Positions 41,701-56,776 of a stretch of DNA of 64,000 nucleotides are shown piece by piece. The notes under the pieces were generated by a model that saw only the letters and a program-made list of their open reading frames with translations, did not search any database and was not told where the DNA came from. Where the stretch lies: the NCBI RefSeq assembly GCF_009914755.1, contig NC_060936.1. One strand, 5' to 3'. A program made the translations under genes and the position numbers. Positions within the stretch are counted from its first letter, which is position 1, and every line of letters starts with the position of its first letter. This stretch comes from the human T2T-CHM13v2.0 reference genome, Homo sapiens.

Positions 41701-43427
41701 TTTTTATACAGTGTGTGGTTTTAAAAGCTTTCTTCATTTTTAACCATGTATTTCTATCTACTTTTTTTACATTCTTATATTTAATCTATCCTACATAAAG
41801 CTTACTTTAAATTTATATTAGTTTCCTATCCAGAAGTTGTTGTTAACTCTACAACAACAAAATCAATAAGAATATATCGCAGCAACTTTTGGATGACATT
41901 CATTAAGTTTGTTTTTATTTGATGGAATAGACTTTTGCCATTAATACACTCAGAATCCTTTCATAATTAAGGATCTCAAAATTTCAATTTTAGCCTTATT
42001 TGAATCTGTTGACACCATCCATTTTTATTCAGTTTCTCTGGATTTGCCTTTATCATGAAAACTCTAGATTCTGTATTTTGTTTGAGTAGGTGCAGAATAT
42101 ATGGTAATGATAGAATCCTGTGGAGCAGAAATGATGTTAGATCTCCAAGTATATTTCTATATTTTCTAGCATATGATCTAGAGAACATTAGCCAACAAGA
42201 CAAACTATACAGAAGTGTTCTGTATCTTAATAGGTTTTGGAAACACTATCATAGCTCTTTGTTGGAAAGACAATTTTGTTTTAATTTTAAGGCTCTGCTA
42301 TGACAATCCAAAAGTAAGTAAATTTATTGGCACAGTCCAAAGATCTTTTACCATAGATATTATATTTCCAGCAATATCTACTAAACCATGTGGGTAAATT
42401 TTATGGACGTTTTGGGAAATGCTAATATGGTAAATTCTTTTCACTTAATATATGAATAAAATAACCTGAATTAGTAATTACATAATATCATCATGAAGGT
42501 AGTTACTGGCAGAATAAGGAATAAAATCCAGCTCTTCTTCCTCCAAGTCTTGGTTCATGTTCTTTAAGAAAATGATAGAGAGGTATGTGAGTGCATAAAC
42601 AATCTGTGGAATTCCTAAAATTACTAAGGCTCTGTAAACAAAACAGATGGCTGAGCTAATGCTGTGAATTAACTAAGCTTATGTTAATATCACATTGGAT
42701 GATTTAAAAAATATATCAGTGAAAACATTTTCTGTTGACATTTAGGCAAGATAGTAAAATAATCCACTTGTAAGACCATATGAGGTTTGTGGTGTATTTT
42801 CAGTTTGGCCAAGTAAGTAACTTGGAATTAGGTTCTAAATGGAAAGATAAATCAAATATAATGCATATAATAAGGCTATATTTCAATAAGATATTTGTCA
42901 GGGACTTTTTATTTTACTTGAACAAAATAAAGAGAAATGCTATTGGATTGGTTGTATTATTTGGTGGATTAGCAACTAACTAAAATATACTACTCCGCTC
43001 TGATTTAGCACTTGAGGACAATTTGAAGGAAGATTTTTAATGATCTTTTCTTGATCCATTCCTTTTCAGTGATTTTATCCATAACCAGGAAGAAATTATA
43101 AAAATTGCTAATGGCATAAAACTCAAAGAAACTGTGAATTAGACAGAAACCAGAATGTAGGTTTAAGAATTTTTTGACAGGGTAAAACCTGTCAAACTGT
43201 TCAATTTGACATGTTGAATTTCAACAAAAGTATATATAGGGTTCTGACGATGAGTAGAAAGTAAAGGAAATAAAGAAACCAAATACAATATTCTGCAAGC
43301 CCAGGATGGGGAAACACATTCACTGATCTTCAGGTCAAGTTGGAGTAGAAAAATTGTGATGAAAGTCATTTAATGTATGGTCCTCCAAGCTTTTAAGGAT
43401 CATGGGAGTTCAGAGGCAAAGGGAAGA

Positions 43428-43580
43428 GGCAGCATGGTGTAATGAAAAGGAAGTAGCCTTCAGACTCAGGAGTCCAGAATTTGGGATGCATGTTCAAATC
43501 ACAGTTCCATGTTTACTAGCTATTTGTTCTTGAACAAGTTTCTTTTATATTCAAAATACAAATATTAGTAACTTCATCCT
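43428..43580 (+). mobile_element. MIR SINE
   Basis: GGCAGCATGGTGTAATGAAAAG...GTTCAAATC...TTACTAGCT...TTGAACAAGTT. Confidence 0.65.
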
Positions 43581-44863
43581 TTTCGTTTGTTTTCGTTGTC
43601 CTCCTTTCCTATTCTACTTACATCCATCATTTTCTTTACTTCTGCTCTATCCTCACACTTTCTCTTTTCCTTCTTCTTCCATCAACTTTCTCTTTCTCTT
43701 ACTTTTTATTCTTCCAAGTTTTCTTTCAAAATGTCATTTTCCTGTAAGTTCCACATGAACTTAATCTCATGACCTTCCACTTAGGTGGTGTCCAAGAATT
43801 CTGGGCCACGGATAGCAGTTCCATTGCCCTATCATTGCTGTGGCTATGGGGTTACCATTATTTTCTAGAACATTCATACTGATGGATCATAGTCCAGAAT
43901 TTGCAGTGCCAGAGAATGTTCAGTGGAACAGGTAATGACAAAACGGGCAGAGGAAAGGGCAAATATTCAGATCACTATGAATACTATAATAATCTTCATA
44001 ATGTTCAGAAAATATTCATCTATATAATTTTCTAACTATTTAAAGTAATCTGTTTTTGAATTAAATTGAATGGTTGTTCAGTAATAATTGAGATTATATG
44101 ATGCTGTTAATTATTCAATAATAATATATCTTAAAGTAAAATATGTTCTAAAATGAGAATATCAACATTTCTGGATAAACTTTGTCGTGAAGTTATATAT
44201 GTATATGCATGTAGACTTGTTAGCTTTCTTCTTTTTTAGGAGATCTGAATTTTCATGTGTATTTTCACAAGTAAGTGTGGTCACTGGCTTTCTTTTGAGT
44301 GCAACAGTATTTGCATTTTGGTAATACATTATGTTAGCTTCACAAAATACAATAAGGTGTTTTTAGATGCTCCTCAATTCTACAGTAGATAGCATTATAT
44401 CCACCCCATCCTAAGCCCAGTACCTATGTTCTAAAGAACATAGAAAGAATATTATCTTCTTTACATTATTATCTGTGCTCTTTAGAAAGTCTGAAAGAAA
44501 TCATCTGGACAAAATCCTGGCCTTAGATCCCTAAATCTATTGAACAAAAATCCTTGATAGCTTTTTATGATTCTTCTGTGTTGCCTGGTCTGTTTAGGTC
44601 TTCTAGTCCTTCTCAAATATATTACTTATAAATTATACTTAGAAAAATTTTTGATTGAAATTAACATATGTCTAGCTGTTAGCATAGAACTATGTACAAT
44701 ACTCATATATAAAAATCTTTATATTAATGGCTTTAATCCTGTTTATTTTTTCATTTTTTTTGTTGCTTTGAATGTTTCCGAAAATTGTTGCATCGAGTCT
44801 TCTATTCACTAGAATTAACACTATTTATATATCCAGCATCTAGATCAATATTGAATGTGGTAG

Positions 44864-47800
44864 TAGGATCTGGCAAGATGGCCGGATAGGAACAGCTCTG
44901 GTCTGCAGCTCCCAGCAAGACCAATGCAGAAGGGGGATGATTTCTGCATTTCCAACTGAGGTACCCAGTTCATCTCATTGGGACTGGTTAGACAGTGAGT
45001 GAAGCCCACGAACACCGAGCAGAAGCAGGGTGGGACATTGCCTCACCCAGGAAGTGAAAGGGGCCAGGGACTTCCCTCCCCCAGCCAAGGGAAGCCATGA
45101 GGGATTGTGGTATCTGGCCCAGATACTACGCTTTTCTCATGGTTTTTGCAACCCGCACACCAGGAGATTCCCTCATGTGCCTGCACTACGAGGGCCCTGG
45201 GTTTCAAGCACAAAACTGGGAGGCTGTTTGGGCACACAGCAAGTTAGCTTCAAGAGATTTTTTTTGTACTCCAATGGCGCCTGGAACCCCAGCAAGACAA
45301 AACTGTTCACTTCCCTGGAAAGGGGACTGAAGCCAAGGAACCAAGTAGTCTCGCTCAGTGGGTCCCACTCCCATGGAGCCCAGCATGCTAGGAACCACAG
45401 GCTTGAAATTTTCACTGCCAGCACAGCAGTCTGAAGTCAACCTGGGATGATCAAGCTTAGTAGGGGGAGAGGCATCCACCATTACTGAGGCTTCAGTAGT
45501 CAATTTTCCCCTCACAGTGTTAAGGAAGCCACTGGGAAGTTTGCACTGGGCGGAACTCACCTTAGCATGGCAAAGGAGCTGTGGCCAGAGTGCCTCTGTA
45601 CATTCCTCCTCACTGGGCTTGTGATCTCTGAAAGAAAGGCAGCAGACCCAGTCAGGGGCTTATAGTTAAAACTCCCTGAGACACAGTGCCTGGGGGAAGG
45701 GGTGGCTGTGGGCTCAGCTTCAGCAGGCTTAAACACTCCTGCCTGCAGGCTCTGAAGAGAGCAATGGATTTCCCCCCACAGAGCTTGAGCTCTGCTAAAG
45801 GACAGACTGCCTCCTCAAGTAGGTCCCTGACCCCAATGCCTCCTGACCTGGAGACACCTCCCAGCAGGGGTCGACAGACACCTCATACAGGAGAGCTCTG
45901 GCCAACATCAGGCAGGTACCCCTCAGGAATGAAGCTTCCAGAGGAAGGAGCAGGCAGCAATCATTTCTGTTCTGCAGCCTCTGCTGGGGATACCCAGGCA
46001 AACAGTGTCTGGAGTGGACTTTGAGAAAACTCCAGCAGGCTTGCCAAAGAGAATCCTGACTGGTAGAAAGAAAACTAACAAACAGAAAGCAATAACATCA
46101 AATCAACAAAAAGGATGCCCACACAAAAACTCCATCCAAAGGTCATCAGCATCAAACATCTAAGGTAGAAAAATCCACGAAGATCAGGAAAAACCTGTGC
46201 AAAAATGCTGAAAATTCAATTAACCAGAATGCCTTTTCTCCTCCAAATGTTTGCGACTCCTCTCAAAACTGGATGAAGAATGAGTTTGACAAATTGACAG
46301 AAGTAGGCTTCAGAAGTTGGGTAATAACAAACACCTCCGAGATAAAGGAGCATGTTCTAAACCAATGCAAGGAAGCTAAGAACTTTCATAAAAGATTACA
46401 GAAACTGCTAACCAGAATAACCAGTTTAGAGAAGGACATAAATGACCTGATGGAGCTGAAAAACACAGCACAAGAACTTCATGAAGCATACACAAGTATC
46501 AATAGAAAAATTGATAAAGCAGAATGACACCAGAGATTGAAGACCAACATAATGAAATAAAGTGTGAAGGCAAGATTAGAGAAAAAAGAATGAAAACGAA
46601 TGAACAAAGCCTCCAAGAAATATGGGAATATGTAGAAACACCAAACCCATGGTTGATTGGTGTACCTGAAAGTGACAGGCAAATGGAATGAAGTTGGAAA
46701 ACACACTTTAGGATATTATCCAGGAGAACTTCCCCAACCTAGTATGACAAGCCAACATTCAAATTCAAGAAATACAGAGAACACCACTAAGATACTCCTT
46801 GAGAAGAGCACCCTCAAGACACGTAATTGTCAGATTCTCCAAGTTGAAATGAAGGAAAAAATGTTAAGGGTAGCCAGAAAGAAAGGTCAGGTTACTTAAA
46901 AAGGGAAACCCATCAGACTAAAAGCAGATCTCTCTGCAGAAACCCTACAAGCCAGAAGAGAGTGGGGGCCAATATTCAACATTCACTAAGAAAAGAATTT
47001 TCAACACAGAATTTTATATCCAGCCACACTAAGCTTCATAAATGAAACAGAAATAAAATCCTTTACAGACAAGCAAATGCTGACTGATTGTGTCACCACC
47101 AGGCCTGCCTTATAAGAGCTCCTCAAGGAAGCATTAAATACGGAAAGGAAAAGCCGGTACTAGACACTGCAAAAACACACCAAAATATCAATGACACTAT
47201 GAAGAAACTACATCAACGAATGTGAAAAATAAGCAGGTAGCATCATGATGATAGAATCAAATTCACATGTAACAATATTAGCCTTAAATGTAAATGGGTT
47301 AAATGCCCCAATTAAAAGACACAAGCTGGCAAATTGGATAAAGGGTCAAGACCCATCAGTGTGCTGTATTCAGGAGACCCATCTCATGTCCAAAGACACA
47401 CATAGGCTCAAAATAAAGGGATGGAGGAATATTTACCAAGCAAATGGAAAGAAAAACAAACAAACAAACAAAAAAAAGCAGGGGTTGCAATCCTAGTCTC
47501 CGATAAAGCAGACTTTAAACCAACAAAGATCAAAAAAGACAAAGAAGGGAATTATATAATAATAAAAGAATCAATGCAAAAAGAAGAGCTAGCTATCTTA
47601 AATATATATGCACCCAATACAGAAGCACCCAGATTCATAAAACAAGTTCTTAGAGAACTTCAAAGAGACTCAGACACCCACACAATAATACTGGGATATT
47701 TTAACACTGTACTGCCAATATTAGACAGATTAACGCGACAGAAAATTAACAAAAATATTCAGGACTTGAACTCAGCTCTTGATCAAGTGAACCTAATAGA

Positions 47801-50800
47801 CATCTATGGAACTCTCCACCCAAAATCAAGAGAATATATTCTTCCCAGCACCACATAACCCTTATTCTAAAATAGACCACATAATTGGAAGCAAAACACT
47901 CCCCAGAAAAATGCAAAAGAACAGAAACCATAACAAACAGTCTCTCAGAACACAGTGTAATCAAATTAGAACTCAGGATTAAGAAACTCACTTAAAACCA
48001 CACAACTACATGGAAACTGAACAACCTGCTCCTGAATGACCACTGGGTAAATAACAAAATTAAGGCAGAAATAAAAAATTTCACTGAAACCAAGGAGAAC
48101 AAAGAGACAATGTACCAGAATCTATCTCTGGGACACAGCTAAAGCAGTGTTAAGAGGGAAATTTATAGCACTAAATGCCCATAGGATAAAGCAGGAAAGA
48201 TCTAAAATCAATACCCTAACATCATAATTAAAACAACTAGAGAAAGAAGAGCAAACAAATTCAAAAGCTAGCAGAAGACAAGAAATGACTAAGATCAGAG
48301 CAGAACTGAAGGATAGAAACACAGAAAAGCCTTCAACAAATCAATGAATCCAGGAGCTGGTTTTTTGAAAAAGTAAACAAAATAGATAGACCATTAACCA
48401 GACTAATAAAGAAGAAAAGAGAGAAGAATCAAATAGACACAATAAAAAATGATAAAGGGGAAATCCCCACTGATCCCACAGAAATACAAACTACCATCAG
48501 AGAATACTATAAACACCTCTACACAAGTAAACTAGAAAATCTAGAAGATATGGATAAATTATTGGACACATACACCCCTCCAAGTCTAAACCATGAAGAG
48601 GTCGAATCTCTGAATAGAACAATGACAAGTTCTGAAACTGAGGCAGTAATTAATAGCCTACCAACAACAACAACAAAAAAAGCTCAGGACCAGAAAGATT
48701 CACAGCCAAATTATATCAGAGGTACAAAGTGGAGCTGGTACCATTCCTTCTGAAATTACTCCAAACAAAAGAAAAAGTGGGACTCCTCCGTAACTCATTT
48801 TATGGAGCCAGCATCATCCTGATTTCAAAACCTGGCAGAGAAACAACATAAAAAGAAAATTTCAGGCCAAAATCAATGATGAACATTGATGCAAAAATCA
48901 TCAATAAAATACTGGCAAACCAAATCCAGCAGCACATCATAAAGCTTATCCACCATGATCAAGTCGGTTGCATCCCTGGGATGCAAGGCTGGTTCAACAT
49001 ATGCAAATCAATAAACGTAATCCATCACATAAACAGAACCAGTGACCAAATCCACATGATCATCTCAATAGATGCAGAAAAGACCTTCGATAAAAGTCAA
49101 CACCCCTTCATGCTAAAAACACTCAATAAACTAGGTATTGATGAAACATATCTCCAAATAATAAGAACTATTTATGACAAACCTGTAGCCAATATCATAC
49201 TGAATGGGCACAAGCTGGAAGCATTGATTTTGAAAACTGACACAAGACAAGGATGCCTTCTCTCACCACTCCTATTCAATCTAGTATTGGAAGTTCTGGC
49301 CAGGGCAATCAGGCAAGAAAAAGAAATAAAGTGTATTCAAATAGGAACAAAGGAAGTCAAATTGTCTCTGTTTGCAGATGACATGATTGTATAGTTAGAA
49401 AACCCCATCGCTTCAGCCCAGAAACTCCTTAAGCTAATAATCAATTTCAGTAAAGTCTCAGGATACAAAATCAATGTGCAAAAATCACAAGCATTCCTAC
49501 ATACCAATAATAGACAAACAGAGAGCCAAATCATGAGTGAACTCTCATTTACAATTGCTAAAAAGAGAATAAAATACCTAGGAATCCAACTTACAAGGAA
49601 CATGAAGAACTTCTTCAAGGAGAACTACAAACCACTGCTCAAGAAACTAAGAGAGGACACAAACAAATGGAAAAACATTCCATGCTCATGAATAGGAAGA
49701 ATCAATATTGCGAATATGGCCTTACTGCCTAAGGTAACTTATAGATTCACTGCTCTTCCCATCGAGCTACCACTGACTTTCTTCACAGAATTAGAAAAAG
49801 CTACTTTACGTTTCATATGGAACCAAAAAAAGAGCATGTATAGACAATACAATCCTAAGCAAAAAGAACAAAACTGGAAGCATCATGCTACCTAACTTAA
49901 AACTATTCTAGAAGTCTACAGTAATCTGAACAACATGGTACTGGTACCAAAACAGATATATAGACCAATGGAACAGAACAGAGGCCTCAGAAATAACATC
50001 ACACACCTACAACCATCTAATCTGTGACAAACCTGACAAAAACAAGCAATAGGAAAAGGATTCCCTATTTAATAAATGGTGCTGGGAAAACTGGCTAGCT
50101 ATATGCAGAAAACTAAAATTGGGCCCCTTCCTTACACCTTATATAAAAATGAACTCAAGATGGATTAAAAACTTCAACGTAAAACCTAAAACTATAAAAA
50201 CCCTAGAAGAAAACCTAGGCAACACCATTTAGGACATAAGCATGGACAAAGACTTCATGAATAAAACACCAAAAGCAATGGCAACAAATCCAAAATTGAC
50301 AAATGGGATCTAATTAAATTAAAGAGTTTCTGCACAGCAAAAGAAACTAACATCAGAGTGAACAGGCAACCTACAGAATGGGAGAAAATTTTTGCAATCT
50401 ATCCATCTGACAGAGGTCTAATATCCAGAATCTAAGAAAAACTTAAACAAGTTTACAAGAAAAAAACAAACAACCCCATAAAAAAGTGGGTGAAGGATAT
50501 GAACAGACAGTTCTCAAAAGAAGACATTTATGTGGTCAACGAACATATGAAAAAAAGCTCATCATCACTGGTCATCAGAGAAATGCAGATCAAAACCACA
50601 ATGAGATACCATCTCACACCAGTTAGAATGGCGATCATTAAAAAGTCAGAAAACAACAGATGCTGGTGAAGATGTGGAGAAATAGGAACGCTTTTACATT
50701 GTTGGTGGGAGTGTAAATTAGTTCAGCCATTGTGGAAGACAGTGTGGTGATTCCTCAAGGATCTGAAAGCAGAAATACCATTTGACCCAGCAATCCCATT

Positions 50801-51323
50801 ACTGGGTGTATACCCAAAGGATTATAAATCATTCTAGTATAAAGACACATGCACACATATGTTTATTGCAGCACCATTTACAATAGCAAAGACTGGGAAC
50901 CAACCCAAATGGCCACAAATTTGGGCCATTAAAAAAAAAATGTGGCACATGGAATACTATGCAGCCATAAAAAAGAGTGAGTTCATGGCCTTTGTAGGCA
51001 CATGGTTGAAGCTGGAAAACATCATTCTCAGCAAGCTAATGCAGGAACAGAAAACCAAACACCACATGTTCTCATTCATAAGTGGGAGTTGAACAGTGAG
51101 AACACATGGACACAGGGCGGGGAATATCACATACCAGGGCCTGTCAGGGGGTGGGGGCTAGGGGAGGGATAGCATTAGGACAAATGCCTAATGTATGCAG
51201 GGCTTAAAACCTAGATGATGGGTTGATGGGTACAGCAAACCACTATGGCACATGTATACCTATGTAACAAACCTGCATGTTCAGCACATTCATCCCAGAA
51301 CTTAAAGTATGATTAAAAAATAT
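44864..51323 (+). mobile_element. Full-length LINE-1, L1PA7/L1PA8A-like, about 6.46 kb, inactive
   Basis: 5'UTR GGCAAGATGGCCGGATAGGAACAGCTC; ORF1 remnants (ATG mutated); ORF2 remnants 47245-51092; 3'UTR GGGCTTAAAACCTAGATGA...AGAACTTAAAGTA; 16-bp TSD ATATTGAATKTGGYAG at 44848 and 51324. Confidence 0.97.
47245..51092 (+). pseudogene. L1 ORF2p, multiple stops and frameshifts
   Basis: Track fragments 47245, 47421, 48550, 48876 (LFADD), 49476 and 50859 tile ORF2p. Confidence 0.93.
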
Positions 51324-51458
51324 ATATTGAATTTGGCAGAAAATAACAAAGGGCCGAGTTAATTATTTTAAATTTATTTCTAATAATAACAATTTTGAGC
51401 CTCATACTTGCCTTTGACCATAGCTTTTACCACATTTTATAACATTTTATATTAAATA

Positions 51459-52759
51459 CAAGGAGATTTCAGAAATCCATGAAAATTTGAATTGAATGAT
51501 AAATAATTTAAAATATTAACTGTATTTCTCAACATAACTTCCATTAAGTTCAATATACTTTTGTAAATGATGATAACAACTATTTAGTCCATCCCTAAAA
51601 AAAACTGAGGGTCCTAGGAATTTGCCCATGTCAATGCAGTTTTCTTTACATTGTTATCTGAAGAAAATGGGTGCCCTTTACAGAGTTTTTAAGATCAGGA
51701 GACAAAAAGAAGTCAGAAGGAGACAAATCAGTACTGTAAGGAGAATGGATAATGATTTCCCATCCAAACTCTCACAGAATTGTCCTTATTTGATGCGAAG
51801 AATGAGCAGGAGCATTGTCATGATAGAGTACTCACTGAAGATTTCCTTGACATTTTTCTGCTAAGTTTTTGCTTTCTCAAAACACTCTCATAGTAAGCAG
51901 ATGTTATTCTTTGGCACTCCAGCAAGTCAACAAACAAAATGCCCTGAGCATCCTGACATACTACCACAATGGCCTCTGCTTTTGACCAGTTTGCTTTTGT
52001 TTTGAGGGACCACTTCCACTTCTAGGTAACCCTTGCTTTGATTATGTTTTGTCTTGAAAATCACATTGGTAAAGCCATGTTTCATCTCCTGTTACATGTT
52101 TTTTCCAAAGAATACTTCAGGATCTCCCTCCCACTTGTTTAAAATTTCTGATGAAAGCCCTCCTCCTATCTGCAGCTGATATGAGTGCAATGGATTTAGC
52201 ATCTATAGAATGGAAAGCTTGCTGACCTTTAATTTTTTCAGTCAGAATTGTGTAAGCAGAGTTGAGATGTCTATGGTATTGGCTAGTGTTCTATTGCTAA
52301 TCACTGGTCCTCTTCAATCAGTACACAAACCAACAGGTTAGTTTTTTCTCATAAGTTGATATAGATGGTCTGCCCCTGCAGGCTTCATTTTCAACATCAT
52401 CTCATGTCTTCTTAAAAGAAGTTATCCATTTGTAAATTGTTTATTTCTTTAGGGGCGTTGTCCCCATAAACTTTTGCTACAGCATCAATGATTTCACCAT
52501 TCTTCACCCATGCTTCACCATTAATTTGATGTTTGTTCTTGCTTCAATTTTAGCAGAATTAATGCTCCTCTGATAGAGATGCTTTTCAAACTGATGTCTT
52601 ACCCTTCTTTGTGCCTCAAGCTAGATCCTGTTTAGACCTGTTTAGACTCAAGCTATAACAAGTTAGCATGAGTTTATTTTGGTGCCAAAAAAAAATTGAA
52701 ATCCACTCATAGTTTTTTCATAATACACATTTTCCAATGAACCTTTTGAAAACCTCTTA
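51459..52759 (-). mobile_element. Full-length HSMAR2 mariner DNA transposon (1301 bp), decayed
   Basis: TA flanks on both sides; degenerate TIRs CAAGGAGATTTCAGAAATCCATGAAAA / TTTTCCAATGAACCTTTTGAAAACCTCTTA; minus strand reads NSAKIEARTNIK (transposase N-terminus, ATG mutated). Confidence 0.92.
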
Positions 52760-53237
52760 TATGTTTATGATTAACATGAAACAACTATAATTACAATTTT
52801 TCAATTTAGTTTTTTATTTTATTCGGTTGCCTACTAAGCAATTTTCTATATTTAATTTCCTTGAGATTGTGTTTTCCTCTGTTGAGATTACAGATTTCTC
52901 TTGTATTACTTGTGGTTAAATAATGCAGTATGTGTAATTTATTTTTCATGGCATGTATTGAAATCCATTTTATGGTTTATAAGTGATAACTCATATATCC
53001 AAGACTGAGTGAAAATGTATATTCTTTGTAGGAAGCTAAGTATGATGTACTGGCCTACTAACCTTATTGGTTATTTTTATCAAATACAATACGGTCTCAT
53101 TTTAATTTTCATTATATAACAAAAATTATGTTTAAATTCTCTGTCTGTTTTGTTTAACGTCTCTTTAAATTTGTAATGAGTTTTTGCCAGCATACATTTT
53201 GGTGCTATTACTTTGTGCGTAAACACATGTTAATCTA

Positions 53238-53770
53238 ATTTCTGCTTTCAATCAAGATAAAGTAACAGAGACCAGGGATACCCTACCACCAAAGACAACC
53301 AAAAAATTTTAAAAAATGGAAAAAATATGAAGGCAACAGTTTTCAAGATCCTGAAAATCAGAAAAAATGTAAGTCATTGACCTCTGAGAAATGTGAAATA
53401 AACGTTACTATTTTCTTACTATTTCCTTACTATTTTCCCAGGCTATTTCCCAAGATGGTTTACAAATCACAGTTTTCACAGACAAAGTCAGGTAGAGCCT
53501 GACAGACTCCCTGAGTTGTAAAGACAAAGTTGAGAGCCAGCGTAACACCAAGTCAGCTGGAGTTTCTAATACAGAGTACTGGAGAGGAGATTGCTACACA
53601 ATAAACTCTGGAAAACTGCGGAGGATTTCCCTGAAGTAATTAACTGAGTACTGATTAACACATAAATATGAAGAAACTACCTGTGTCCAATGAAAGAACC
53701 ACCTGAAAGCGTGAGGGAAAAATATTTATTATTTATACAGGGCCAGGAAGGATCTTGCCTCAATATTGAG
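53238..53770 (+). mobile_element. Old L1M 5'-region relic
   Basis: TTCTGCTTTCAATCAAGAT...AACAGTTTTCAAGA pattern resembling L1MC/MD 5' ends. Confidence 0.45.
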
Positions 53771-53775
53771 GAATA

Positions 53776-53900
53776 CAGGTGCTTCTCAATTTTTAATAGG
53801 GTTATGTCCCCCAAACCCCTTCTAAGTTGAATATATCATGTTGAAAATTTAATACATCTAACTTACTGAACTTACTGAAAATTTAATGAATGCATCTAAC
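53776..53900 (+). mobile_element. Tigger3/Golem-like terminal fragment
   Basis: TA|CAGGTGCTTCTCAATTTT.AATAGGGTTATGTCCC...AAACCC..TCTAAGTTGAA.ATATCAT. Confidence 0.7.
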
Positions 53901-54201
53901 AAAACTGTTTGCTTTTCATTGTTTTTTAGATTCAGTCCCTGGATTATCATTCAAAGATAATCTCACTATATCTCTGTCATAGAACCAGTTAGATTCCATG
54001 AAATTGTCAATATCTGGGTGGAGAATTTGGATAATACATGTTTAGAATATATCTTAATTTACTCATTGAGATATCAGCAAATAATAATGTTTAACTTTTG
54101 AGAAGGTGGGCTATATGTTGGCAATGCTTATATTACCACTGTGATGATTGAGTCTCTCTACTGTACATGAATAATGAAGAGTGGATCTGAAACAGAAAAC
54201 T

Positions 54202-54538
<337 letters not shown>

Positions 54539-54849
54539 TCATTTTAGTTCATTATGTTTATAATGTAATCTATTTGAATATACTTGTTTCTGCGCCAAAC
54601 AGAGACTCTTCAAGGGAGTTTAGAAGAGAATGTCATGATTATTAGAAAGTAATATGTGTTAATTGTAAGATCTACCAACCTAGCTTCATTTATTTTGATT
54701 GTTTTTGGAATTTTGATTTTGATGTTTAATTTTTATGTCATAATAGTACTTTTAGTTGCCTTTTTAACCAACATTCTCTCTTTTCTTCCAAATAAAGTCC
54801 TGATTTTATTTACAGAAGTATGCTTAGTCTGCATTGAAACCATGTCTAA

Positions 54850-55295
54850 ATCAAGAGACTGAGCTATGATCAGTTGAAGCCAATCACAGTGGTACTATTT
54901 CTCTCATTAGTGATAGATTGTTACATGAAGGTGACACATTTCTAGTCAATAAAATATGAGGAGGTCTGTTGAGGTTCTTCTTTGAAAGATATTCCTCAGT
55001 ACTAAAAAGTGAAACAGAGGAGGAAATAACTTCTTCTCCCACTGAATGCTGTGTTATCTGACTATAATGGCTGGGTCTTGGGTAGCTTTATTGTCATCTT
55101 GAAAGATCAGGGACACACTGAGCATGGCGGAGCAAGAACTGAGGAGCTTGATGACATTATGCAAAAGCTCAGTTCATTAGCCCTAGAGGAGCTTGCCCCC
55201 CAAAACTTTTTATTATGTGGAGTTAATATATTTCCTTTATTCTTTAAAACAGCTGACTGGAAATTTTCTGGTTTTCGTACTTTGAAAAGTTTCTA
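54850..55295 (+). mobile_element. Old MLT1 LTR relic
   Basis: AGCCAATCACAG...TTCTAGTCAATAAAATATGAGGAG...ATTTCCTTTATTCTTTAA...TTTTCTG pattern. Confidence 0.5.
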
Positions 55296-56776
55296 AAACA
55301 TTTTTAAAAGATAATAGTAAATGTTACTTCAAAAAGCATGTTTATGTTATTTCTATGGATAATATGAGACCATTTAAGTAATTTTATGAACTATTAAGCA
55401 AATAATTTCCAAGAGAGCTAGATTGTGGATCAGAGTCAAACAGGAAATGGGTCCTTGGATAGCACTCTATCCTAATCAATGTTTTTATCCATTTTTAACT
55501 ATTTTTGCCATTGATGTAAAGGAGAAAACCTAGAGGCTGAAGTCTAAAGTTTGTTGTTCAAAGTTGTTGACAATATTTGCTTATCATTTCAGCATCATTT
55601 CTCATTGTATATGATGTATATATACATATATATGTAGCATGTTATACATATAACATGTTTATATTTTGTATTATATATAACATATGTTAAATATTATATT
55701 TATCACTTACATATACATGCATATAACATGTCAACAGAACACAAAATATGGCCTATTGCACATGCTCATGCTTTCCACATGCTGTTTTCTGAATATCCTT
55801 CTCATTTTTATACAACTAGTCAATTTGATTGGTGCTCTATTCAGATCCGTTTTAATAGGTCAGTGGATAGAATTCCCAATTGCTGAGAGTATTGACTGCT
55901 AATGGCTCATGTTTGCCCCCTTTTCCAGAGAATTGCCTATGGCTGGACAGGAGCTGCCATAGCTAGGAGATTAATCCCACTTTCTGAAGTGACAAACTGA
56001 AGCACCTGTAGTGATAACAAATGGATGACTGACATGGTGGTACAAAAGAGAGCTCTTCTGTTTCAAAGTGGAGACAAATAAGTGGACTTCATCTGAGATG
56101 AACAAGACTGGAACCTCTCTACGTATGCTCTCTTATACATGAAGAAGTTAGTTCAAGCTTTTCCACATAGTGGGTAAAAATGTTTCAGGAGACAGAAAGC
56201 TCTAATTCACAAGTGCTTTTCATTTTATGCTCGCAATGCATCTGCTAATGTTGCATAGGCTAAAGCACATCATACAGCCAATAACAGTCAATTTTGGAGA
56301 GTACCATGTAAGAACATGGATACAGGGAAGTTGATTCCTTGGGGGCGACTATAGAAATATAACACCACAGATACCCTCTGGCCTCAAAGGTCTCATCTCC
56401 CCTACTAACTAAAACTAAAATAATTATCTATCACCTCCCCACAAAAACACAACATATATTTGCGAGAGAGGAAAAAGGATAGCTGCAATAACTGCATTAG
56501 ACAATCTCACTCAAAGAATAGAAGGCATACAACAGTCATTTGTTCATAGCAATTATGAAATTTAATCAGGCATATTTTGTTAGGCTTCCTATCCCTACTA
56601 CTAGCTCAAGGGGTGTTCCTTTATCAGGACCCAGCTCTGCTTTCATAGTCATTTGCTAGTCTGTTGTGCTTCATAGCTCTTGGATCTGCCTCCCACTCCC
56701 CCCAAAAACCTTATTTTTCATAAGTGGGTGAGTAGGTTCTTCATCCTGCTTCCTGTCTATTGAAAGTTGGATCTCC

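Noticed and set aside
44864-51323. Active full-length L1 or domesticated gene
   Set aside because: ORF1 start is mutated, many stops and frameshifts, diverged TSDs.
53405-53440. Short tandem 11-mers and similar micro-duplications (also about 9440, 13820, 36276)
   Set aside because: Ordinary slippage duplications with no further structure.
54656-55902. Hydrophobic ORFs resembling membrane proteins (also 43587, 44567)
   Set aside because: Expected from translating T-rich low-complexity DNA; no supporting gene structure.
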